NCBI GenBank assembly: GCA_043732305.1
Contig: JAYTHU010000231.1
Location: forward strand, 28,807-92,806
Length of the DNA: 64,000 bases
Reading direction: 5' to 3'
Source of the DNA: Oligoflexia bacterium
GTDB taxonomy: Bacteria > Bdellovibrionota > Bdellovibrionia > JABDDW01
In this document: positions 10,107 to 19,810 of the stretch, piece by piece
Position numbering within the stretch: position 1 is the stretch's first letter
How the letters are laid out: each line of letters begins with the position of its first letter
The notes under the pieces: generated by a model
The model's input: only the letters and a program-made list of their open reading frames with translations
Databases searched by the model: none
What the model was told of the DNA's origin: nothing
Program-made: the position numbers and the translations under genes

Positions 10107-11267
10107 TCAGAGAAAAAGAGGCGACGGCTTGTCCAAGTTCAAAGGGAGATCAACGATAAAAGTTGCTCCTCTGGAAAGCTCACTTTCAACTTTAATGTAT
10201 CCATCGTGACTTCCCAACACTTGTCTCACAATATAGAGACCGAGTCCCAATCCGCTGATCTCACTTCCAGAAACTGCGCGTTCAAATCTTTCGAAAATTC
10301 GCTCGTGGTTTTCTTTTGCGATCCCCCGCCCCTCATCATGGACCAACATTCGCGCTCCACTCGGAGAAAGTTTCACTTCAATCACAATTGATTTTCCACT
10401 TCCATATCGAATGGCATTCGTCAGTAAATTCATAATCACTTGACCGATACGAAAACGATCCCATTTTCCCACTACAGGACCGTCAGATTTTAAACTTACG
10501 GGGCAAAGTGCAGCCTCTGATTGCTCTGAGCATCTTTCAATCTGATCCTGCGCCACTCCTACAAGGTCAAACACTTCAAGTTTTAATGATAATTTACCAG
10601 TATTGATTCGCGTGACATCAAGCATATCTTCAACCAATCGAGAAATTCGGTGGAGTTGCTTCTCATCAGAATCAAACATTTTTGCGAGACGCGAGGGCGT
10701 AAAGCTTGAAACATCACCGCCACTCACAGCTCGCTTTCGAAGTTGCGTCTGCAATAACATTGAAGTGAGGGGTGTATTCAGTTCATGGGAAGCAATAGAC
10801 ATGAACTCATCGCGAATTCTGACAGCTTTCTCAAGTTGAATTTGTGTGTTCATGAGTTTGATCAGCAGATCTTCTTGTTCACGCTTTCGCCGGAAAAGTT
10901 CGATAAAAATACTCACTTTATTTTTAACAGTGTGCGAATCCAATGGTTTTGCCAAAAAATCCACAGCTCCGCTCTCATAACCTTTGAATTGTGATTGCTG
11001 ATCCTTTGCCGTCGCTGAAACAAATATTATTGGAATATCTTTAGTTTTCCTAGTCCCACGCATAAATTCTGCTAACTCAAATCCACTCATCATGGGCATA
11101 TGCACATCTATAAGTGCCAATGCAAACTCGTGAGTGATCATCAGATCTAAAGCTTCAGTTCCTGATTTAGCCGTGAAGATTTTTAAATCGGCACGTCTAA
11201 GAAGAGCTTCCAAAGCAAGAAGATTATCTTTCAAATCATCAACTAGGAGAATGTTAGTTTGTTGCAT
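10107..11267 (-). CDS. Hybrid response regulator-histidine kinase (REC-HisKA-HATPase)
   Basis: ILLVDD, ALIDVHMP, ASHELNTP, NLLTNAIRY, GLGLGLYI motifs. Confidence 0.92.
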   Translation of the reverse strand: MQQTNILLVDDLKDNLLALEALLRRADLKIFTAKSGTEALDLMITHEFALALIDVHMPMMSGFELAEFMRGTRKTKDIPIIFVSATAKDQQSQFKGYESGAVDFLAKPLDSHTVKNKVSIFIELFRRKREQEDLLIKLMNTQIQLEKAVRIRDEFMSIASHELNTPLTSMLLQTQLRKRAVSGGDVSSFTPSRLAKMFDSDEKQLHRISRLVEDMLDVTRINTGKLSLKLEVFDLVGVAQDQIERCSEQSEAALCPVSLKSDGPVVGKWDRFRIGQVIMNLLTNAIRYGSGKSIVIEVKLSPSGARMLVHDEGRGIAKENHERIFERFERAVSGSEISGLGLGLYIVRQVLGSHDGYIKVESELSRGATFIVDLPLNLDKPSPLFL

Positions 11268-14200
11268 CAGTATTCACTACAGAGAAAGCCGACAAAGGAG
11301 TTTCACTATCAGGAATATTCCTCTTAAGCGCCCAAACACGGATGAGGGAAAGAAGTTTCTCTAGGTCAACTGGTTTAGAAACATAATCGTTAGTACCAGC
11401 TTCTAAACACTTCTCTAGATCGTCTTTCATTGCCTTTGCAGTCACGGCTATGATTGGAAGATTAGCAAATCTTTTCTGTTTTCTGATTCTTTTTGTTGCC
11501 TCGTAACCGTCCATTTCGGGCATCATGATATCCATAAGAACCAAATCTATAAGAGGATCCTCATCCAACCTATCTAGAGCTTCTTGACCATTACGGCCCA
11601 CAAATACTGTGGCTCCTTTTTGCTCTAAAACACTAGTTAGAGCAAAAATATTTCTAATGTCATCATCTACCAAAAGTATTTTCTTACCCTTAAATACTTG
11701 TTCATGGTTTCTCACAGTTTTAAGCATCTTTTTTTGAATCTGAGTCATCTTTGATTCGACACTATGAAGAATCAAACTGACTTCATCTAATAATCTCTCG
11801 GGAGACCTGGCCCCCTTGATAATAATTGATCTTGAAAGTTTTTTTAATTTATCTTGTTGAGCCAACGAGAGGTCGCTTCCTGTGTAAACAATGACAGGGG
11901 GACAGGATAAAATCTTTTCCCTAGCCATACGTTCAAGAAGCTCATCACCTGGGAAATCGGGAAGTTTTAAATCCATAATCATGCAATCAAAAGAATTTTT
12001 CTTGAGCTGCTCAAGAGCTTCGCGGGCAGAACTCGCCATAAAAATCTCAGTAGATTCATCGGATATAAGTTGGCAGATACTCGTCCTTTGTAGTTCGTCA
12101 TTCTCGACAACGAGAACTCGATTGATCTTTTGAGAAAACTTAGCGTCGAATCTATCAAAAGCAGATTTAATTTCATCATATTCGACGGGCTTGAAAATAA
12201 ATCCAATGGCACCCATCTGCAAAGATGCATTCGAATAATCTTCAATGGACATCACCTGCACAGGAATGTGTCTCGTGAGAGTATTCTCTTTCAAACGATC
12301 TAGAACGGTAAGACCAAGATGATCAGGAAGTATCATATCTAAAATTATTGCATCCGGATTGTATTCCAATGCCAATTCAAAACCCTCATCGGCGCCTTGA
12401 GCAACGATGCATTTGTATTTAAATTCATGAGCGACATCGAGCAATATTTTTGCAAACTTTGTGTCGTCTTCAATGACCAAAATTGTTCTTCCAGGCGCAC
12501 GCAGATTCGCACGATCATCTTCGAAAGGAAGAGGGGCCCATGGAATAGCCTTTTCAAAATTACGATGATTGATAGGATTTTTTCTAAAAGCCACCTCGGG
12601 AGCAGATTCAGCCATCGTGAATGATTCACTCATGGCTTTTGGTAGTATAAGTGTGAATCGACTTCCTTGACCCGCAGCACTCTCTACTTCAATACTTCCG
12701 CCAAGAAGTTTTGCGAGATCACGTGAAATAGAAAGTCCTAATCCTGTTCCACCATATTTTCTATTTGTTGTGCCATCAGCCTGTCTGAAAGCCTCAAAGA
12801 TTATCGCCTGTTGCTCCCGTGGAATTCCGATTCCAGAATCGCTCACTTCAAAGGCTATGGAACCGTCAGAATGGTTGTACAATCTAATTTTTACCGAACC
12901 CTTTTCAGTAAATTTAAGAGCATTTGAAATCAAGTTTTTCAAAATCTGATCTAAACGTTGACGATCTGTCAAAAATGATTGAGGCACATCAACTTCGTAA
13001 CTGACTTCAAATATTAAATTTTTCTCACGAGCCAGAGATTGGAAGGTGTGCTTCAGACCCTCAATAACTTTTATAATCACAACTTTTTCGACACGGATGT
13101 CTAATTTACCGGCTTCAACTTTTGAGAGGTCTAATATATCGTTGATAAGATTGAGCAGATCATTGCCGGAAGAGTATATTGACGTCGCAAACTGAATTTG
13201 TTCATCAGTCAAGTTATCGCTCGTGTTGTCCATTAAAAGCTTCGCAAGGATAAGAGAGCTGTTAAGCGGTGTGCGGAGTTCATGGGACATATTCGCCAAA
13301 AATTCCGACTTGTACTCACTCGCTCTTTGAACTTCATTAGCTTTTTCTTCTAATAAAACTTGAGCCTTATTCAAAGCCTCATTTTGTTTTTGAACTTTTT
13401 TACGGACATCAGAAGTGTTGATGGCGATTCCAATATTTTCAGAAACGTGACTTAAAAACGCTCGTTGATGCTCTGTAAAGGTATGTAGCGAGCCCAGTTC
13501 AATCACACCTGTAACTTCGTTTTCATATAGAATAGGACAAATTAGAATGGATCTCGGTCGCAGCTCGCCCAAGCCAGATTCTATTTTACTAAAATAATCA
13601 GAAGGCATTTCCTCAATCAACAGAGATTTTTTCTCAATCGCGACTTGGCCTACAAGTCCCTCGCCAAATTCGATGATTCTCTCGGCAGATTTAGTTTTAG
13701 CAAGAGCATGACCACTTACCATTTGTAGTTTTTTATCATCAGTCACCAAGTAAAATGCACCGATCTGGGCATTCGTGAATGGAACCAAATGACTTAGAAT
13801 ACTTTGCCCAAGACGGGAAATGATTTGTTCACCGCGCATTTTTTCTGAAAGCGCAATTTGCCCTTCGCGCAGATAATCCAACTCTCTTAATTTTTCTTTG
13901 AGGGACACCTCAGATTGCTTTCTCTCCGTAATATCGCGTTCGGTAGTGGCAATTCCGGTGAGCTTTCCTTTTTCATCCGTGAGCTTGGTATTTGTCAACC
14001 AGACGTCGATAATTCTACCGTCTCTATGTTTTCTTTTAGTCTCAAGATTAGGTAAAAGTTCTCCACGTTTTAGTGATGCTAAGAACCCACGTGCTTCCTC
14101 TTGATATTCCTTAGGAACGGTATCGACAATATTCATGCTCAAGGCTTCAGCTTGAGAGTATCCGTAAATTATTTCTGCGGCTTTATTCCAGGCTAGAATA

Positions 14201-15102
14201 TTTCCTTCTAAATCTTGGAACGTGATGGCATCGTTAGAATCCTGAATAACTGTAGCCATACGGCGAAACTTTTCAAGCGCGCCCATTCGCTCTGAGATAT
14301 CGCGCTCAGTTGTTGCAATACCAGTGAGTTTTCCTTTGTCATCAGTGAGCTTCGTATTAGTCAACCAAACGTCGACAATTCTACCGTCTTTAGTTTTTCT
14401 CTTCGTTTCAAGCGTCGGCACAAGTTCGCCCCGTTTGAGGGAAGACAAAAATTCGCGAGCTTCTTCCTGATACTCTTTTGGCACGGTATCGACAATATTC
14501 ATACGAAGCGCTTCAGCTTCGGAATAACCGTAAATTTGTTCTGCACCGCGGTTCCAAGCAAGAATGTTGCCTTCTAAATCTTGAAAGGTAATGGCATCGT
14601 TAGAATCCTGGATAACTGTAGCCATACGGCGAAATTTTTCTAAAGTTCTTGTTTGCTCGGTGACATCGCGTCCGGTCGTAGCCACACCAGTCAGCTTGCC
14701 TTGGTCATCGACGAGCTTAGTGTTGGCTAGCCAAACGTCAATGATTCGGCCGTCTTTGGTTTTTCGTTTGGTCTCAAGTGATGAGACAAGCTCGCCCGAA
14801 TTTAATTTGGCGATAAAGTTCATCGCTTCTGATTGATGCGACTCAGGAACAGTATCAACAATATTCATTTGCAGAGCTTCAGATTCGGAATAGCCGTAAA
14901 TGATCTCGGCACCGCGATTCCAAGCGAGAATTCGACCTTCTAAATCCTGAATTGTGATGGCATCGTTAGAATCCTGAATGACCGTGGCCATACGGCGGAA
15001 GCGTTCTTCATTGCTACCGATTTGGGCGTCCATCAAAGGAGGCGGCGAAAAAGATTTAGATCTCACCTTCTTTTTCAAGGAAGAATCCTTCATTTTTTTC
15101 AT
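11254..15102 (-). CDS. Cytoplasmic hybrid sensor kinase: 3xPAS-GAF-HisKA-HATPase-3xREC
   Basis: Three 122-aa PAS repeats, a GAF region, MSHELRTPLNS, GGTGLGLSI and three receiver domains; no TM segment seen. Confidence 0.92.
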   Translation of the reverse strand: MKKMKDSSLKKKVRSKSFSPPPLMDAQIGSNEERFRRMATVIQDSNDAITIQDLEGRILAWNRGAEIIYGYSESEALQMNIVDTVPESHQSEAMNFIAKLNSGELVSSLETKRKTKDGRIIDVWLANTKLVDDQGKLTGVATTGRDVTEQTRTLEKFRRMATVIQDSNDAITFQDLEGNILAWNRGAEQIYGYSEAEALRMNIVDTVPKEYQEEAREFLSSLKRGELVPTLETKRKTKDGRIVDVWLTNTKLTDDKGKLTGIATTERDISERMGALEKFRRMATVIQDSNDAITFQDLEGNILAWNKAAEIIYGYSQAEALSMNIVDTVPKEYQEEARGFLASLKRGELLPNLETKRKHRDGRIIDVWLTNTKLTDEKGKLTGIATTERDITERKQSEVSLKEKLRELDYLREGQIALSEKMRGEQIISRLGQSILSHLVPFTNAQIGAFYLVTDDKKLQMVSGHALAKTKSAERIIEFGEGLVGQVAIEKKSLLIEEMPSDYFSKIESGLGELRPRSILICPILYENEVTGVIELGSLHTFTEHQRAFLSHVSENIGIAINTSDVRKKVQKQNEALNKAQVLLEEKANEVQRASEYKSEFLANMSHELRTPLNSSLILAKLLMDNTSDNLTDEQIQFATSIYSSGNDLLNLINDILDLSKVEAGKLDIRVEKVVIIKVIEGLKHTFQSLAREKNLIFEVSYEVDVPQSFLTDRQRLDQILKNLISNALKFTEKGSVKIRLYNHSDGSIAFEVSDSGIGIPREQQAIIFEAFRQADGTTNRKYGGTGLGLSISRDLAKLLGGSIEVESAAGQGSRFTLILPKAMSESFTMAESAPEVAFRKNPINHRNFEKAIPWAPLPFEDDRANLRAPGRTILVIEDDTKFAKILLDVAHEFKYKCIVAQGADEGFELALEYNPDAIILDMILPDHLGLTVLDRLKENTLTRHIPVQVMSIEDYSNASLQMGAIGFIFKPVEYDEIKSAFDRFDAKFSQKINRVLVVENDELQRTSICQLISDESTEIFMASSAREALEQLKKNSFDCMIMDLKLPDFPGDELLERMAREKILSCPPVIVYTGSDLSLAQQDKLKKLSRSIIIKGARSPERLLDEVSLILHSVESKMTQIQKKMLKTVRNHEQVFKGKKILLVDDDIRNIFALTSVLEQKGATVFVGRNGQEALDRLDEDPLIDLVLMDIMMPEMDGYEATKRIRKQKRFANLPIIAVTAKAMKDDLEKCLEAGTNDYVSKPVDLEKLLSLIRVWALKRNIPDSETPLSAFSVVNTDATN
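13921..15000 (-). repeat. Three tandem intragenic 366-bp repeats (PAS domains)
   Basis: The anchor gccatacggcg occurs at 14255, 14621 and 14987 (period 366 bp). Each copy reads FRRMATVIQDSNDAIT.QDLEG.ILAWN. Confidence 0.9.
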
Positions 15103-15228
15103 CTGAGCCTTTCAGATATCTCGTTTATTGATTGAGTTATTTGTTTGGTTATTGTGCACCCTACTCTTAAAATAACGGGTGTCAATCACCATAGGCGTGA
15201 TGGATTTATAACGAGCAAAGGTCTGTAT

Positions 15229-15738
15229 TTATTGCTCTAGATTTGATTGAAGGCTTAGATAGACGTCAGAATCACCGCTCTTGCTGCCTAATAAAACGCC
15301 GGCAGCTTCGCACTTGAATTGACCTGAAGTTAATTTAGAAGACGAAACACATGGGCCAAAAATTTCTCTGAGTTGAGCGAGTGTTGTTTTTTTAGAAAAT
15401 TTATGTCCATGATAAGTGAGAGCGCGATCAAAGTTTGGAAGTGGAACAGAAACACTACTCACCACATTAGCAAAAAGACTAAATGACAATCCATCGAGAG
15501 TACCAAGAACTTCGCTATCGCTCTCGGCGTCAATCTTGGCACCCAAGTCTAACAACTGCTTTCTTGAATCTCCCAGCGAAACTCTTCCAACTGATTTCTG
15601 AGCCACAATTTCTACGATCAAATTCTGATCAATGCTTTGACGAACGTTTAATGCTTCCGTGTCTTTTCGAACCGGAAGATCGCAACCAGCGATGATAAAC
15701 CCACTAAGAACTATAAGAGTGACAAATAAATTAAACAT
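15229..15738 (-). CDS. Hypothetical lipoprotein
   Basis: Hydrophobic N-terminus with lipobox IAGC. Confidence 0.65.
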   Translation of the reverse strand: MFNLFVTLIVLSGFIIAGCDLPVRKDTEALNVRQSIDQNLIVEIVAQKSVGRVSLGDSRKQLLDLGAKIDAESDSEVLGTLDGLSFSLFANVVSSVSVPLPNFDRALTYHGHKFSKKTTLAQLREIFGPCVSSSKLTSGQFKCEAAGVLLGSKSGDSDVYLSLQSNLEQ

Positions 15739-15798
15739 TCTAGCCGCACACTAGCACCCAAGAGGCCTTCGCTCAAGACAGAAACTATTGCATCGCGC

Positions 15799-16782
15799 AT
15801 GTTAACGCACTATTCTTTGACCGTGGAAAACATACCTATTAAATTGCATTTGGCTCCCATGGAAGGCGTGATGGACTTCGTTTTCCGGGATTTGGTCTCG
15901 GGGCTGGGCGGTCTTGATCTTTGCACCACCGAATTCATTCGAGTAACAACTGAACTTGTGCCAGATCACGTCTTTTTCAGGACCGCTCCCGAACTCAAAA
16001 TGAATTCTCAAACTCGCTCTCAAACACCACTGGCCGTGCAACTTCTAGGTGGAAAGCCTGAACCGATGGCCAGAAACGCATTACGGCTGAGTCAATTAGG
16101 AGCTGGTCAGATAGATTTAAATTTTGGTTGTCCTGCAAAAACCGTTAATAAAAATGATGGAGGCGCATGTTTGCTCAAGACTCCTGAAAGACTTTTTGAA
16201 GTGGTAAGCGCTGTCCGCAAGGCAGTGCCCCCACATATTCCTGTCACAGCTAAAATGCGATTAGGATACAGTTCGCCCGCACTCTGTGTGGAGAATGCTC
16301 TGGCGCTCCAAGAAGCTGGCGCGGCCAAAGTAACTGTTCATGCGCGCACCAAGGAAGACGGATACAAACCTCCGGCCCATTGGGAATATCTGTCTCGAAT
16401 AAAAGAACGCATCTCAGTTCCACTTATTGCAAACGGTGACATTTGGAATTACGAAGATCTTTTGCGTTGTCAGACTATGACGGGATGTTCAGAATTTATG
16501 ATTGGACGGGGAGCTCTTAAAAACCCATTTATATTTTCAGAAATTAAATCTCGATTGCAAACCCATTCAAACGAAATTGAAACACCTTGGGCAGAACAAT
16601 TTAAACTTTTATATTCTTTTTTCGAGGCAAATGAAACCTATTCGTCTGCGGCTTTTGCACAGTCTCGTTCAAAACAATTTTTAAGATATTTGTCAGAAAA
16701 ACATGAGCCCGCAAAAGAGATTTTTGACCGAGTAAAAATAATCAATGATCCAACTCAATTCAAACAGGCTTTACGCAACTAG
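15799..16782 (+). CDS. tRNA-dihydrouridine synthase (DusC-like)
   Basis: APMEG, DLNFGCPAKTV, HART, IANGDI, MIGRG motifs. Confidence 0.9.
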   Translation: MLTHYSLTVENIPIKLHLAPMEGVMDFVFRDLVSGLGGLDLCTTEFIRVTTELVPDHVFFRTAPELKMNSQTRSQTPLAVQLLGGKPEPMARNALRLSQLGAGQIDLNFGCPAKTVNKNDGGACLLKTPERLFEVVSAVRKAVPPHIPVTAKMRLGYSSPALCVENALALQEAGAAKVTVHARTKEDGYKPPAHWEYLSRIKERISVPLIANGDIWNYEDLLRCQTMTGCSEFMIGRGALKNPFIFSEIKSRLQTHSNEIETPWAEQFKLLYSFFEANETYSSAAFAQSRSKQFLRYLSEKHEPAKEIFDRVKIINDPTQFKQALRN

Positions 16783-17199
16783 CACAGCCTCATGCTCAGT
16801 GATAATTTCTACAGAGAAATTAAAAATTTCCATGATCAATAAAGGTTTTCGGGCATAACCCACGACTCCGTAAAGCGAAGCTCTTCGAACGGCAAAGTCA
16901 CTAAGACCAGTAGACATAAGCAACATCGGTACTTTATGCCCATCTAACGTGTCCTGAAGCTTTCGAAGCACATCGAAACCAAAGGTTCCCGGAAGTTTCA
17001 CATCTGTCACAATGAGAGCAGGAATATTTCCACTGGACACTAGCCCAGTTAAAATTGAAGAACCTTTTCCAATGTGTCCCGCCACGTAAACTTTGGCACC
17101 ACTTGCTTCAAAAACCTTCTTCAAAGAGTCACGAGTGATCTCATTATCATCCAGAATCAAAATAGTTTTATTTTTTAGATCAATATTATCTTTATCCAC
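16771..17199 (-). CDS. Stand-alone response regulator receiver domain
   Basis: ILILDD, VTD(V), LMS, ARKP motifs. The GTG at 17199 is the likely start because it avoids overlap with the divergent gene. Confidence 0.75.
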   Translation of the reverse strand: MDKDNIDLKNKTILILDDNEITRDSLKKVFEASGAKVYVAGHIGKGSSILTGLVSSGNIPALIVTDVKLPGTFGFDVLRKLQDTLDGHKVPMLLMSTGLSDFAVRRASLYGVVGYARKPLLIMEIFNFSVEIITEHEAVLVA

Positions 17200-17235
17200 A
17201 TCATAATTATCGGCAATCTGTCCGATAAATGAAGT

Positions 17236-19155
17236 ATGGAAAACTATTTTCACATTCTTAGAGTAGCAGGACTTATTAGCTCGATTGTATTTTTCTACTG
17301 GATCGCAAGAAACAGTATTTCGATTGCTGAAAAGCAAGAAGATGATTTAGACCATGGCCTAGTCGACAAAAATTTACTCGAACAAAGTGTCAAAGCCTTC
17401 GGACGCAACACCAGTTCCATCGTTCATTTTTATGGAGAACTCTCATATTTCACTCCTTTCAGCGAGGAAGAAGCGAAGGACCCAAGATCTTTGATCGGCT
17501 ACATATCTGGCTCAAAAAATAACATCATGATCACGGACCCACTTTGTGATCAGAAGGACGCAAAAGCATCGATAGTCGCTTTCACAAAATTCACACAAGC
17601 GCGCGGAAAAACAAGTTTGCTTTTTCCAATCGACATGGTCACGGCAAGACAAGCCGCTGAAATTGGTTACGGGATTTTACAAGTAGGAAAAGAACCTGTC
17701 TTCGATTTAAAAAGTTACTCCATCGATACCATCGAAAGAAAAGTTCAATCCGCAATCAGACAAGTTTACAACAAAGGAATTATTATTGAACATCTCACTT
17801 TCAAAGAAATTCAGGAGCGCGGATACGAAATAGAATTAGGTCTTGTCCTAGATGAATGGCTTCTCAGTCGGCGCAGCGAGAAAATGGAACTTCTTCTTGA
17901 AGTGAGTCCTTTCAAATATGCCGAAGAAAAAAAATATTTTATTGCTCGATCTCAAAATCAGATAGAAGCCTTTCTTTCTTGCTCACCTATTTTCCCCCGA
18001 AAAGGCTTTTTCATTCACGATCTTATTCGACGCCCCACGGCCATGAACGGGATCGCCGAAGCACTGAACACGGCGGCGCTCAATCAATTCAAATCAGATG
18101 GCTATGAGTTTGCAAGCTTAGGCACGGCACCTCTGGCAGGTCTTGATCAAAAAGGCGCAAATTCAAATTATAAAATTTTAAACAAAATTCTTGTGCATAT
18201 TTTTAATTCTCATAAAATGTTTATGCAGTTTAAATCATTATACAGCTTTAAGAAAAAATTCAAACCTACAGCAGAAGAACCTACATATTTAGCTTTCTAT
18301 CCACCAAGCCTCAAAATGCGGGATGCTCTGACAGTCATTGGACTTTTTAGTAGTCAAGGCCCAGTGGGAAATATTGTATTTAAAATCAAACGATGGTTAG
18401 ACGGAGAGCAATTGCCCCGTCCTCTCATTTCGCTGGTTTCTCCTGACGTGGCGACACTTGCCAGACCAGTGCCTTTCTCGTTTTACGAATTTATTTCCAG
18501 ATTGAAATTTACTTTTCTAATGTTTGCGATGAACGTTTATACCTACGCCACCACCACGGATATGTTTGGCGAAATCAACCGCCAAACAGTTCATGATTAC
18601 GCATTTAGTTACGGCGATTTTTTTGCTCACAAATGGTTTGTTCTTTTCACCTCAAACTTCTTACATTTCAGCTACGCTCATCTCCTCATTAATATGACAA
18701 TGCTTTTCTTTTTCTGCGGAACACTGGAATTTATTGGGGGCAGTAAAGTGGCCTTTGCTAGTTTTGTAATCAGTATGAACGCGAATATTCCTTCGGCGAT
18801 GGTTATTTTGCCGATCCTCAAAATGATTAACGTGAGCGCCTGGCAGCACGTGTTTTCTTACACGGATGTTGGAGCGTCACTAGGAATTATGGGATGCTTC
18901 GGAGCTCTCATTCAGTTTTTTAAGAATAAAAGGCAAGTGTTAGTACTGGCATGTCTTATTTCGATGGGTTTTTGCGTGGTTAACAAAGAGTGGTTCGGAA
19001 TCGATCATACCTTTGCAATTCTCACCGGGTATTTTACGGGCTACCTTTACCTGCATCGAAGATATCAGCTTCGAGGCTTTCAAAGGTTTTTTGCTTCTCC
19101 CGCTCATCCAGGCCAACAAAATTCTCCGATACCTTTCCGGAAGATTTCCCGTTAG
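17236..19155 (+). CDS. DUF2156 (MprF/LPG-synthase C-terminal-like aminoacyltransferase) fused to a C-terminal rhomboid-like membrane domain
   Basis: DLIRR...NGIAE...ASLGTAPLAG and SLYSFKKKFKP (DUF2156); FLHFSYAHLLIN, DVGASLG and DH (rhomboid-like). Confidence 0.75.
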   Translation: MENYFHILRVAGLISSIVFFYWIARNSISIAEKQEDDLDHGLVDKNLLEQSVKAFGRNTSSIVHFYGELSYFTPFSEEEAKDPRSLIGYISGSKNNIMITDPLCDQKDAKASIVAFTKFTQARGKTSLLFPIDMVTARQAAEIGYGILQVGKEPVFDLKSYSIDTIERKVQSAIRQVYNKGIIIEHLTFKEIQERGYEIELGLVLDEWLLSRRSEKMELLLEVSPFKYAEEKKYFIARSQNQIEAFLSCSPIFPRKGFFIHDLIRRPTAMNGIAEALNTAALNQFKSDGYEFASLGTAPLAGLDQKGANSNYKILNKILVHIFNSHKMFMQFKSLYSFKKKFKPTAEEPTYLAFYPPSLKMRDALTVIGLFSSQGPVGNIVFKIKRWLDGEQLPRPLISLVSPDVATLARPVPFSFYEFISRLKFTFLMFAMNVYTYATTTDMFGEINRQTVHDYAFSYGDFFAHKWFVLFTSNFLHFSYAHLLINMTMLFFFCGTLEFIGGSKVAFASFVISMNANIPSAMVILPILKMINVSAWQHVFSYTDVGASLGIMGCFGALIQFFKNKRQVLVLACLISMGFCVVNKEWFGIDHTFAILTGYFTGYLYLHRRYQLRGFQRFFASPAHPGQQNSPIPFRKISR

Positions 19156-19810
19156 TTTTTTCAGCTTCGGTTTTCATGGTAAGAGTGGTTTTTTTTGTAT
19201 TCTCAAAAGTTGTTTCCCAGATCTTGTTCTTAAAAAATGTTCCGGCCATTCCCCACTTTGCATTGAAAAAGTCAACTGAAAGATATTTAGTGGCGCCATC
19301 TTTTTCTTGTAAAAAAATGAAACCATTGGCATCCAAAACATCTTCGCTCTTTTTTAAATTATAGGTCAATATCCCTTTTGTTTTAGTGATTTCAGACACA
19401 GTTTGGGTAGTTTCATACACTGTGTGTGTTCCCATAGGCCCACTAAACTTCCAATGAATATCAAAACTATTGGGAACAATATTTTCAAAAGAAACTTCAT
19501 CTAAACCTAGATAGGCATTTTTATAGGAAGCAATGTCCCGGAGGACTTTAAGTACGATTGATAATTTCGCGGAGAAAGTTGTTTTTGCCATTACTCCGAC
19601 ATACGTGCTGTCTTCCGGCGTGTTTATCGTTTGAATTTTTAATTCGTCAGTTCCCTCGGGAACGTTTAATTCTGTGGCTAAAAGCATCCAAGTTTTTTTA
19701 TATTCGGCGATCTTAGTCGCATACTTTCCAGGAGATTTTTCAGACGCGTTCAAATATGGCGGTAACAACAAAATTAGAAAAATAATTATTGAAAATGTAA
19801 CTCTCACCAT
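19034..19810 (-). CDS. Exported hypothetical protein, possibly START/SRPBCC-like
   Basis: Signal peptide MVRVTFSIIIFLILLLPPYLNA; the start overlaps the stop of the lgt-like gene. The fold call is a guess. Confidence 0.55.
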   Translation of the reverse strand: MVRVTFSIIIFLILLLPPYLNASEKSPGKYATKIAEYKKTWMLLATELNVPEGTDELKIQTINTPEDSTYVGVMAKTTFSAKLSIVLKVLRDIASYKNAYLGLDEVSFENIVPNSFDIHWKFSGPMGTHTVYETTQTVSEITKTKGILTYNLKKSEDVLDANGFIFLQEKDGATKYLSVDFFNAKWGMAGTFFKNKIWETTFENTKKTTLTMKTEAEKTNGKSSGKVSENFVGLDEREKQKTFESLEADIFDAGKGSP

